Positions 26,986 through 39,090 of a stretch of DNA of 64,000 nt are shown piece by piece. This DNA is from Octopus vulgaris (Eukaryota). Every line of letters begins with the position of its first letter. Within the stretch, counting starts at the first letter, position 1. Position numbers and translations under genes: made by a program. A model generated the notes under the pieces. It saw only the letters and a program-made list of their open reading frames with translations, searched no databases and was not told where the DNA came from. The DNA is taken from positions 43,710,001-43,774,000 of the forward strand of contig OX597834.1 in NCBI GenBank assembly GCA_951406725.2, in the 5' to 3' direction.

Positions 26986-27490
26986 TTTTTTTTTTCCTAG
27001 TTTCAGCTCAGAGCTGCGGCCATGCTGATGCACCGCCGTTTTGTGCTACACTGTTATTACGACGAACCTCGTCTAATATGTGGCACTTGGTGAAGAATGG
27101 AGTTTGATACAGCTACCCTCATTTGCACCTCTTGCCATGGGATAGGTTCATCTGGGACTCTTGACAGGAAGATGTCCAACTTTGATTTAAAAACCGCTAC
27201 ATCTACTTTGTGCAAGTTCCTCAGACTCTTTGGGAGAATATTAAAAAGCTGTGGGCCCTTGAAACCCAGGCTGTTACAGAAGCTGGTCCTGAAGTGTGAT
27301 GGCATTGCTGGGATCTTTGGCACTATGCAGTGTCGTCCCGTTCTAGCATTGGTGTAGCTTACAATGCCAAAATTTGGCACAATTCCTTCCAGGATCTTCC
27401 AGACATATATTACTGCATTCCTCTCCCGTCTTCTCTCCAGGGAGTCTTAGCTGTTTCAACCTTTCCCAGTAGCTGAGCTGTTGCAAAGAG
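26986..27490 (-). mobile_element. CR1-group LINE, 5'-truncated, with intact 3' end
   Basis: LSYWERLKQL..LERRRERN..YVWKILEGIVPN..GPQLFNILPKSLRNL..FKSKLDIFLSRVPDEP..SNSIL; stop at 27057, short UTR, stem-loop tail and poly(A). Confidence 0.85.
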
Positions 27491-27495
27491 ACGAT

Positions 27496-27559
<64 letters not shown>

Positions 27560-27607
27560 ATGAATTGAAGAAATGGAGTTGAACGAAGATTGAACAGAAA
27601 TCGTTTT

Positions 27608-27698
27608 ATTTCATTCTACACGTGTTTCGAAAGGCACAATTTACCAAATTCCGATTGAATAATGAGACCATATTGTGTCTTTCTCTTCAGGAAGAAAT
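27608..27698 (-). ncRNA. Type I hammerhead ribozyme motif (left arm)
   Basis: Mirror copy of 27735-27825; its stem II (GAAAGACACAAT/ATTGTGCCTTTC) has one mismatch fewer. Confidence 0.75.
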
Positions 27699-27734
27699 AG
27701 GAAATCCGTTTTTGTTTTTTCCAACGGATTTCCT

Positions 27735-27825
27735 ATTTCTTCCTGAAGAGAAAGACACAATATGGTCTCATTATTCAATCGGAATTTGGTAAATTATGCC
27801 TTTCGAAACACGTGTAGAATGAAAT
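27735..27825 (+). ncRNA. Type I hammerhead ribozyme motif (right arm)
   Basis: Stem I ATTTC-TTC / GAA(T)GAAAT; CTGAAGA at 27743-49; stem II GAAAGACACAAT..ATTATGCCTTTC; GAAA at 27805-08; stem III palindrome ACACGTGT; GUA triplet with predicted cut after 27816. Confidence 0.75.
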
Positions 27826-28031
27826 AAAACGATTTCTGTTCAATCTTCGTTCAACTCCATTTCTTCAATTCACTAATAATATTAAAATTCAATTATCCGC
27901 ACCAACGCACGGTTGCAACACCATATGGTTGTACCTCCAACCGTGCTGTCTTCTGCTGTGATTTTTGCTACCAAGGTATCGGTTAAACTTTTGATTAATC
28001 TGCAACAAGATTATTCATATTTCTATTTCAC

Positions 28032-28075
<44 letters not shown>

Positions 28076-28079
28076 TATA

Positions 28080-29022
28080 TAGGGGTGATGTAGTCGCAGA
28101 AATTGTGTGACAGCTGTGACTGGGTTTTCCTGCTTGTGTGGCATGGTGCATAGTCCTTTTGCCAGATAGAGGGTCTTCCAGAAGCTACTCTTTTGACCCA
28201 GGGCACCACTATCTCATACGGCCACATGATGTAGGCCTCCGTGTTAAGTCTGAAGCCGTGTGGGAAGATGAAAGGTGATATAACGTCACCATCACTAGTG
28301 ATCACTCAAAGCACCATGATGTTGACTGGATGTTTGATTTTTATCACTATTGTAACATATTTTGGGGAGACGACAAGCCAAAGGTAGTTCTGTGCAGAAA
28401 TGTTTCTCGACTGAGGAAAACCAAAACATATTCGGTTGCAGGGGATGTTTAAGTTTGTTCAAAAGCTTCGTAGCTTGGTTTTATTTCTTGTCTGTGATGG
28501 ATTGAGATAAACATCGGCGCTTTTTCATCTTTTGTGAGGAATACCGAATGTCTTCATACACTAATTGCCTGATAGGTAACTCAGACACTCGCAGGTCCCT
28601 GGCGATGGACCTGTTTGACTTGGAGGGATCGTTGTCAATCATGGCCTGGATCTCACCAACAAATTCAGGAGTTCTTTTCTGATCAGAACGATCAGAATTA
28701 ATTTTCCGAGCTGCCGTACGTACCCTCGTAATCACCATTAGACTCATCCAACTCTTTCCGGTTCCTTTGCGCTGTCCTGAGAATGACATCAAAATACTCC
28801 GAAACATTCGTATTGGAGATTCCAACATCAATGCGAAGCAGTACAGCATGTCGTTTCCAAATTTCTGGCAGAGTAAATTGCACCATGGTGCTGTTTCTTT
28901 CTCACAGACGGTACCCAACTGACACTACTATACTATGTAGTCGACAAAATCAAAAAATAAACAATGCGTATGCGCGCGAAAATAAAAGTATAAAATGACG
29001 ACAATTTATCCATCGCACCCTG
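28080..29022 (-). mobile_element. Tc1/mariner-superfamily transposon remnant, maT/DD37D-like, 3'-truncated
   Basis: Terminus TA|CAGGGTG; fragments RTPEFVGEIQAMIDNDPSKSNRSIARDL (HTH) and VITSDGDVISPFIFPHG..WQKDYAPCHTSRKTQ. Confidence 0.8.
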
Positions 29023-30004
29023 TATGTGTATATACACAGATATAGACACACGCACACACACACGCATATGTATTTATCAGTATATATATATATATGTATG
29101 TATGTTTATACACACACACACATGTATATATCTGTGTGTATATATATAGTGAGAGAAAGCGTGCGACATAAGAAAATGATTATGCGTGTGTGTGTATAGT
29201 GGTGTGTGAGTGTGCGTATGTGTCTCTGTTTATGTGTGTGCGTGTGTTTGTATACGCGTATTTGTGCGTGCGTGCGTACTTGTGTGCATGTGCATGTGTG
29301 TGTGTGCATGTGCCTGCATGTGTGTGTGTGTGCGTGTGTAGGCGAGGAAATGCTTGCAGAAGCTTTGTCAAACGCAATTGAAGAACGCTTGGTCGCTGTT
29401 TACGGCAGATTTATGGCAAATGGAATCAATCTGATAAATTTGCTCGGAATATATAAACGGATTTGTGGTAAATATTTATCCTTTCTTTTGATGGCAGTCG
29501 CTCACGTGCACGCAGGCATGCACCCACACACACACATATACATACCTACAAACACACTCACTCACACACACACTAGCACGCACACACAAATATCTATATA
29601 GTGTATTGGCATATATGAGAACACACGTATGTATGTGTGTGTATTATTCGTAAATTGCTCAGGACAAATCTTTTGTAAGATTAAAAGAAACCTTGATTTA
29701 ACCAGGATATTTCTGTTTCGGCTGTTTCAACACCAGACTGGCAGGCATTTTTGCTGAGTAAAAAGGAATGTTTTAAAATGTCTTTTATTGGTTCGAGACT
29801 GATGAGTTTTTCGAAAGAAAATCATTTGCGTCGAATACTTTGATGGAAGAATCTCGATATTACAGCTCAAAGCAGTTCCTCTGATTGTTTGGCAATAGAA
29901 TGGTCCAAGAGTAAGAAAACCTGAAAGGGATATTTTCTTCATTTTTTTCTTTTTTCATTTGTGTGTTCTTTCTTTTAATTCAAAATTAATAATAACAAGT
30001 ATAT

Positions 30005-30332
30005 GGAAGTGCATGGCTTGGTGGTTAGGGTGTTGGACTCATCATCGTAAGATCGTGGTTTCGATTCCTGGACCGGACGACGCGTTGTGTTCTTGAGCAA
30101 AACACTTCATTTTATCATACGTTGCTCTAGTCCACCCAGCTGGCAAAAGTGAGTAAGCCTGTGATGGATCGGCGTCCCGTCCAATTGGGGAATTTAAAGG
30201 CCATGGAAAACGGAAACCGGCCCTTGTGAGTCTATGTATGCCATGGAAACCGGGAATCCCGCACAAATAGGTCTATATATGCCATGGAAAGAGGGGAAAC
30301 CAGCCCTTATGAGTCGGTATGACTTGAGAAGA
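30005..30332 (+). mobile_element. SINE family C head and core with family D-type tail
   Basis: TGGCTTGGTGGTTAGG..GGTTTCGATTCC..TTCTTGAGCAAAACACTT, then GGCGTCCCGTCCA and three GCCATGGAAA..GGAAACC units. Confidence 0.8.
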
Positions 30333-30479
30333 TAATTTTCACATATTTGTCCAAGTTCTGGAAGAATCTAGTCCGACTCTTTTTGAAATACAATACTCTG
30401 CTGTAACAAGCTGTACAACATAAATAGAATGATGGTGACATTAACCTCCCAAGATTATATCATCCAGTGTATTCTACAT

Positions 30480-31006
<527 letters not shown>

Positions 31007-32069
31007 ACTGTAGTTTATGTATTAACCAGACAGATCCAGCCTATGACACCTATCTTTCAATGCCATTGTAACATACACCATCGCATCATCAAAATTTTGA
31101 AGCTGCAAAATGCATGATCAATGAAAAACTATCTTCTCGAGATATTAGAGGGTAAAAATATTTTGAGGTTGCACTCAAGGTCTGAAACAGCTGTCAAGCG
31201 ACATATCAACACAACTAACGGCAATAACTTTGACAATAATGTACAAGTTCCAGTAAAGGAGAGTTTTGCAATAAAAAATCCCTGTGTCACCCTTGCCCGA
31301 GGTTAACTTCCCATGACTATATTCTCCATAGAAATTTTATCCCTCAAAATAAATCCAGCAGAAGTCTTTCTGCCATTTTAACTTAAATTGCAACATGGAA
31401 CCACAGCATAACAACTGATCAAGTGAAAAGTAAAATTTCATTTAATTTAATTATAGAAACAACAACTAAATTCAATTAAAATTTTTAAATTAGGATCCAG
31501 TTGCGTAATTGCACTAACATTTTACATCATAACCTTATGTCAGAGCAATTCATCATAGGAAAATTTGAAAAATAAGAACGAACAAAGAAAGGGAAAAAAA
31601 AAGATTATAAATTCTTTACTGAATTCACAGCAACGACAGTAGCAGTAGCAACAAGAACAACAACAACAACACCGGGCGTAAATACAACAACAGAAAAAGC
31701 AACAACAACAATAATATCGAAATATTTAGTATTTTTGTTGATCAACACAAAATGCATGACTCACTCAGTCCGGTCACACCCAACTTTAAAGTTAGGTTTT
31801 ATTTAGATTTTATTTTATTTTACTATTAATTATTTATTCTTATATATATATATTTTTTTTTTTTTTTTTTGCTAGTTCGAGTTTAATTTGGTTCTTTAAA
31901 ATTGCTTCTTTTTTTTTACACGAAAATATAGACATGGTATAAAAAAAAAAGGTTCTCTATTTTTATTGTCGTTTGGAAATGACACATCTAAAATTTAATT
32001 GCCAAAAATAAGTAGCATTTAAATGTATTAATACACGACATTTTTAAACATATATACATACATACGTAC

Positions 32070-32107
<38 letters not shown>

Positions 32108-32717
32108 AGGTATGTATGTATGTATGTATGCATATATATTTATATATATATATTTGTATGTGGAACAATTGTTTCGTTTCCTGTGACTTGCAAAAATCCC
32201 TTCTCTGCTCAACATGACATTTTACGATAAATATGTCTGTAAACGAGGTCTGTTTCGATGTTAAAGCAGGAAAGAGACATACGATGCATTGAATCATCGG
32301 TGTTGGTGGGACGGACTCCAGAAGTGGGTAAATGGATCTATTGCATATTAACAACAGATGCCACTTGTACTTTTGCTATTCCTTCTTTCACATCCTTTCT
32401 CTCTCTCCCCCTCTCTCTCTCTTTCTATCCATACACTTACATACATTACATATATACACATGCATATAATTTATAAGAGAGGGGATACACAGGTACCCAA
32501 AAGAGACCGGAGTTTTGCAATATTATTTCATTCAATTAGTTTTACATGTTTACACTTTTACCGCCTTCAGAGTATTTTCCATTTGAAGCAATGCATCGGA
32601 TCAGACGCGTTTTCCTTTGCTCGAAGCAGTGCTGGAACTCTTCGGAAGGGATGCCTTTAAACCCTTCCGTCGTTTTCCTTTTTCTTCACCATTTTCACAT
32701 CTGTAAATTTCATGGGG

Positions 32718-33020
32718 TGGAGGCACATGGCCTAGTGGTTAGAAAAGCAGACTCACAGTCAAGAGATTGCCGGTTCGAATCTCAGACCGGTCGATGTGTG
32801 CGTTTATGAGGGAAACACCTAAGCTCCACGCGGCTCCGGCAGAAGGTAATGATGAACTTCTGCTGACTCTTTCGCCACAACATTTTCTCACTCTTTCCTC
32901 CTGCATCTTGCAGCTCACTTGCAACGGACTAGTGCCCCGTTCAGGTGGGGAACTTATACGACAAGGAAACCGGGAAACCGGCCCTAATGAGCCAGGCATA
33001 GTTTGAGAAGGAACAAACAA
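32718..33020 (+). mobile_element. SINE family D, full length (tRNA-derived head)
   Basis: A box TGGCCTAGTGG, B box GGTTCGAATC, body GAAACACCTAAGCTCCACGCGGCTCCGGCAG, tail GAGAAGGAACAAACAA. Confidence 0.88.
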
Positions 33021-33184
33021 ATACCATGGCACCAGCTTTCGTTACCAAAAGTTCCTGATCAATTGCGAACTTTTCTTTCAGTTCACGTCACGGATTCACT
33101 GGTAACTGCTTTTGATCTTCCATGAGCAAGCGAGGCACACATTTTGTTGCAGCTCTTTTTTATTAGCAATTTTGTGGGAGCGTG

Positions 33185-33500
33185 GGAGCTCAAATCCCTA
33201 AATTCTTTTGCTGCCCTTTGAATTCGCAGATGTATTTCTATGTCCAGATTTTCATCATTTTGTCCAAAACTTCCAAGGTAAACGAAAGAGTCAACAACCT
33301 CAAGTAACATACCCTTAAGGAAAATTTTAGCGGGGTTGCAACAACATCATGTGTGGGTTGATGCATTATAACTATTTTTTTTTTTAAGTTGAAGGTCAAA
33401 CCGAAATCATCAATATTCTGAGTTAAGTGCGGATACAAGAGATTGCTGGCCCATTTCAGAGTGACTGACAACATCGCAATAGTCAGCATATAAGATTTCC
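33185..33500 (-). mobile_element. RTE-clade LINE reverse transcriptase fragment
   Basis: FGLTFNLKKKIVIMHQP..LEVVDSFVYLGS..DENLDIEIHLRIQRAAKEF, typical of RTE RT C-terminal motifs; frameshifted. Confidence 0.8.
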
Positions 33501-33540
33501 CTGTTGTTCTGTATTCGTGAAGCTCTCCATATTTTAGTTT

Positions 33541-33708
33541 CTGTAACGTAGTGGTTCGGCAAAACTGTGGGATAAAATAAGTACCGGGCTGAAAAAAAAT
33601 TACTGGAATCGATTCATTAGACTTAAAACTCTTTAAGACGATGCCCCAGCGTGGCCGCAGTCTAATGAGTGAATCAAGTAGACGGTAAAGATAAAAGATA
33701 AAAAGATA
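33541..33708 (+). mobile_element. SINE family A, degenerate 3' part
   Basis: GGTTCGGCAAAA..ATAAGTACC..GCCCCAGCGTGGCCGCAGTCTAATGA..(TAAAAGA)n. Confidence 0.65.
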
Positions 33709-33879
33709 TATCCTGTGTGTACAAATAGAGGTAAGACTTCTAAAGTTTGTTTAGAGTTTGACGTAGATTATCATCGTCAAGGCTGCTTCCAGTTGAGTGG
33801 CTACCCAAATACTATGCTTAGAAGAATTAATAGTTATGATATACTGAGAAAATATGGGAGAAATCACGAGTAGTGGAAG

Positions 33880-34004
<125 letters not shown>

Positions 34005-34124
34005 CTTTCGTTTTTTTTTATACAGCCCCGAATTTACAATCCTGTAAATAATAATAATGGTATTTTATATAAGCTTAAAGCTTATGGCGATCACCGTTCA
34101 ATGACTAAAGAAAATAGTCTCTCG

Positions 34125-34167
<43 letters not shown>

Positions 34168-34178
34168 CGTGTGTGTGA

Positions 34179-34211
<33 letters not shown>

Positions 34212-34264
34212 CGTACATATGTATATACAGCGAGATAAAGAGAGAGAGAGAGAGAGAGAGAACG

Positions 34265-34552
<288 letters not shown>

Positions 34553-34994
34553 GCAAATATGCATAAACTCACATAATGTATGCCTGCGTATATAATCTGA
34601 AAGATATTTCAGAAGTTAACAATGAAGTGGCGCATTTGGTAATGTTTATTACAAATTGCATTGGAAATATTAAAATATATTATCTATTGCGGAGTATTGA
34701 TAGATAAAGTATATTGTACTGAAATCTATTTCACACTCGTAATATAAAAGATTGTCTCTACATAAGCAATTAGGAAATCTAGGTCATATATTTTAATGCT
34801 TATATACTGTATGTGCATTGTGTAAGTACATAACCAAGCTTTTAGTTTATTGTGCCAAATATGCATGTATATCTGTGTATGTGTGTGCGTGAGAGAGAGA
34901 GAGAGAGGTCGATAGATAGATATATACATGCATACACACATACATATATATATGTAAGTGCATATATATGTGTATCTCTGGGTGTACATATGTA

Positions 34995-35200
34995 TTTCTT
35001 TATTGCTCACAGCGGGGCTAAATATAGAGGGGACAAACAATGACAGACAAAGGGATTAAGTCGATTACATCGACCCCAGTGCGTAACTGGTGCTCATTAA
35101 AGTAGACCTCGGTGGAATGTGAACTCAGAACGTAAAGACAGACGTAATACCGCTAATCATTTCGCCCGGATTGCTAATGAGTCTGACAGCTCACCGCCCT
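34995..35200 (-). mobile_element. SINE family B, nearly full length with an internal deletion
   Basis: Reverse complement of AGGGCGGTGAGCTGTCAGACTCATTAGC..GTTCTGAGTTCAC..GGGGTCGATGTAATCGAC..GCAATAAAG. Confidence 0.85.
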
Positions 35201-35240
35201 TCGTATATATATATATATATATATATATACAATAATAGAT

Positions 35241-35274
<34 letters not shown>

Positions 35275-35280
35275 GTATAT

Positions 35281-35445
35281 TATATAATTTCGTTCTGTCT
35301 GTGTGTGTGTGTGTGTGTCTTCTAGGATCTCGGGCATCCTCCATCTAATTGCGCTCTATAGATACCGACGGTATCAGGGCATGTATAGGTGTTGAAAAAA
35401 TTACAAAAATCGATTCCAGGTGAGAATGTGATCGATAAAGCCGGG
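35281..35445 (+). mobile_element. Non-autonomous Helitron-like element (copy 2)
   Basis: CTAGGATCTCGGGCATCCTCCATC..GATACCGACGGTATCAGG..ATCGATTCCAGGTGAGAATG.GATCGATAAAGCCG shared with 752-925. Confidence 0.55.
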
Positions 35446-35661
35446 GAAACGTGCATTTGTAAAATCCTCTTTCTTGGAATAGAAAAAAAGGAAATCTCTA
35501 CTTCTTCTTTTGCTGGTTTCTCAAATTTAGGTTACATCAGTGTTCCTCAAAGTGCAGGCCTATGGGACGGTCGGACAAGTTGTTTTGAGAAAATTTTTGT
35601 TTTAATGTTTGACAACTCAGTACCGTCCATTTGACTGGGGGCGTTTTGCTCATATATATAT

Positions 35662-35715
<54 letters not shown>

Positions 35716-36369
35716 TATATATTTATATACATATATATATATACACGTCAATATACATAGGTATATGCATACAGAGATACATACAAATATTAATACATGT
35801 GTGTGTTTGTATTGGTGGTTTAATGCGATTTCGTATGTGTTTGCGTGTCTACACATATTTAATATGTGTTTGAGCAAATATCACTCTCATCGACTTTGAA
35901 TGAAGAACGCGTAGAATGAAGAAATGACTTTGAAAGTTATGCTTGAAGAAGCACGAAATTGCTTGGAGGAAACAGTTTTCTATTAAGAAGAATTAAATAA
36001 GAGTGTAATTATAAAGATATAATATATGGCTGTTGTGTACGACGAAATATTAAGTTTTTCTTTAAATGTTACAAAAAGTGATTAGAGTGTCAGGCATGCA
36101 ATGGTGATGTGAGTTTGATTCCTGCATTGGAATGTATGTTGTTCTTCAAAGAGGCACTTTGTTTCAGTTGTACCTGTTCCCTCAACATATATAGGTTATG
36201 CCTATTAAAGAGTTTTTCTATATTTGTGATGCTTTGGAGGATGATCCAGTTCTTGACTGAAGATTAAAGGCTCCGAATGACCCGTCCGTGTTTTTTGTAT
36301 CGTCTATTTGGATGTTTTGCGTTCTTGTCCCATTTTGTATTTTATATATATATATATGTATGTATATAT

Positions 36370-36550
36370 AGCTGAAAGGTATACAAAACAGAAGACGAAG
36401 ACAGATGATGGAACAGCACGAAGGTGTATCAGTTTGATGCTCGGAAAGAATGGAACTCTCTTTGACATTTCGAGCCTACGCTCTTCGGCAGAAAGGATTA
36501 AAAGGAAAAAATTGGACAAAGAAAATGTGTACAGATAGATATTTCTACAT
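36370..36550 (-). mobile_element. Short (TA)n-embedded element with variant hammerhead-like motif (36460-36495)
   Basis: Minus strand CTTT-CTGCCGA-A-GAGC(GTAG)GCTC-GAAAT-GTC-AAAG. Confidence 0.65.
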
Positions 36551-36557
36551 GATATAT

Positions 36558-36630
<73 letters not shown>

Positions 36631-36786
36631 AGATATGGGCAGAAGAAAAATTCTAATGCCAGATACGCCGTAAACAAAAAATTGTCCGTAACCATTAAAT
36701 TTATGCCTTTAAAGGCATTTTTTGATATGCTGGCCATTGATAAAAAAATTTTCCTGAAAAAATGTTTATCCTATATCAATTATTAT

Positions 36787-36847
<61 letters not shown>

Positions 36848-37949
36848 AACAAGAAAAATCATAAATAATGGGCTTTATAGATGCGTTCAAAGTCCGCACA
36901 CCGAGGGGTTTGGCGAAAGATACCGATATAGTAAGTAGCACATTTTTAAAGTAAAAGAGAATTTTAAGTACCGGGGGTCGGTTTGTGCGAGTAAACCCTT
37001 GAAAGGGGTCTCCCAGCATGGGCTGCTCTTCAATACCAGAAACAAGAAAAAAAATAGGAGTAAAAGTTACACGAATGTATATTTACTTACATATACCTTT
37101 ACACGTGTATACAACTGTTGAAATATGATTGAGAGCCAACGAAATGAATATGGATGGGATGGAATGACAGAAGAAGAGATAGCGAAAGAACGAGCGAGAA
37201 GAAGCGAAAAAGACAGAGAGACAGAGAGAGAGAGAAAGAGAGAGGGAGAGAGAGAGATCACCCAAGAAGATGTAAGTTGTACGTTAAATAAGAAAGAACT
37301 CTATAAGTTCCTTTGTGTATGTTTGTATTTAGCCATGTTTCTCAAGATTGCTTTCATATGTTGCTCTCTGTCAGACCCATTTCCGTTTTCCGCCATTTTA
37401 GTCTTTTTTTTTTTTACATTATTAGCTTTTTTTTTTTTCTTTTTATTTTAAATTTAAACATGTCTTGCTTTATTTTTGGCTTTTTATTGATATTCCTTAA
37501 GAGTGAGTTCACATTTGTTAATTACCTTTTTTTTTGTTGTTATTCTATTTTATTTTTGGTATACATTTTTTGACTTTATGTTTATATGTTTTTTTTTGCT
37601 TGTTCTTGTTGTAGTTGCTGGTTGTGTTAGTATTGGTTTTTATTTTTGTTCCTTTTGTTGTTGCTGTTGTTTAACATTGGGGTGGAGACTGGATAATAAG
37701 CAATTAGCGTGATATAGGGTGATATAGAGCTTAATAAAGCAAAGCGGAAATAGCAAACTTGATATGTATTAAACTTAGACGGTAAGAACGATATGTTAGT
37801 AGTAGTAGCAGTAGTAGTAGTAGTTGTTGTTATTGTTGTTGTTGTTGTTGCAGAGGCAGCACAAGAATGATAACAACAGCGATATTAGCAACAATGTTAT
37901 TAACAACGGGAACAAAGTAAGTGTAAATAGCAAAGAGGATGGCATGAGC

Positions 37950-38341
<392 letters not shown>

Positions 38342-38715
38342 TTTGTCTTGGTATAAAAGATGGGTTACAGCAAATATTCTGCTCAATACCACAGATTTGC
38401 TTGTCAGTTGTTTGACCTTAACCAGTTGAGCATGTCCCTTAGTGGCTGACGATATGTGCATCTCTGATCACGAGCAGAAGTAGTGGGGGATCATCATGAC
38501 CGTGTGTTGAAAGGGATTATTTGGGGTGTGAATAATTCACCTCTGGAAGCATGGGTGGTTCTTTCAACATCCTTAAACAACCCTTATTCAGGGATCTTTT
38601 GAACGGGATGGGCCGCTCAACCAGAAGAAAATCCTAACTGGGCCCCACCTGCAAGGTCATGTGCTGTTTATCTTGATATAAGATCACCATGTCGCGCATA
38701 TATGGTTGTGATGCT
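38342..38715 (+). mobile_element. Second copy of the (AAT)n-associated repeat
   Basis: TTGTCTTGGTATAAAAGATGGG..ATATGGTTGTGATGC matches ~23150-23520. Confidence 0.8.
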
Positions 38716-38749
38716 TCATCATCATTATCAAAAGCAGAAGGAGGAGAAG

Positions 38750-39090
38750 ACGAAGAAGAAGAAGAAGAAGAAGAAGAAGAAGAAGAAGAAGAAGAAGAAG
38801 AAGAAAAAGAAGAAGCAGAAGAAGAAAAAAAGAAAGAAGAGAGGACAAGAAGAAGAAGAAGAAGAAGAAGAAGAAGAAGAACAAGAACAAGAACAAGAAG
38901 AACAAGAACAAGAAGAACAAGAACAAGAAGAAGAAGAAGAACAAGAAGAAGAAGAAGAAGAAGAAGAAGAAGAAGAAGAAGAAGAAGAAGAAGAAGAAGA
39001 AGAAGAAGAAGAAGAAGAAGAAGAAGAACAACAACAACAACAACAAGAACAAGAACAAGAACAAGAACAAGAACAACAAGAACAACAACG
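38750..39090. repeat. (AAG)n/(AAGAAC)n compound microsatellite
   Basis: Directly visible. Confidence 0.95.

Larger units (their letters stand above)
27552..27882. repeat. Near-perfect long inverted repeat (~158-bp arms, 12-nt loop)
   Basis: 27561-27710 is the reverse complement of 27723-27872 with one mismatch; 9 further bp pair after a 1-nt bulge. Confidence 0.97.

Noticed and set aside
29800-29825. CTGATGAG..CGAAA hammerhead-like string
   Set aside because: Stem II is a single base pair and stems I and III are unsupported.
30200-30310. Three spaced GCCATGGAAA repeats resembling a CRISPR array
   Set aside because: Eukaryotic context, related rather than unique spacers and no cas genes; it is a tandem amplification of a SINE tail.
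32718-32795. tRNA gene candidates here and at 47606, 62521 and 30005
   Set aside because: A and B boxes are present but the acceptor stem is not intact and each continues into a SINE body; these are SINE heads.
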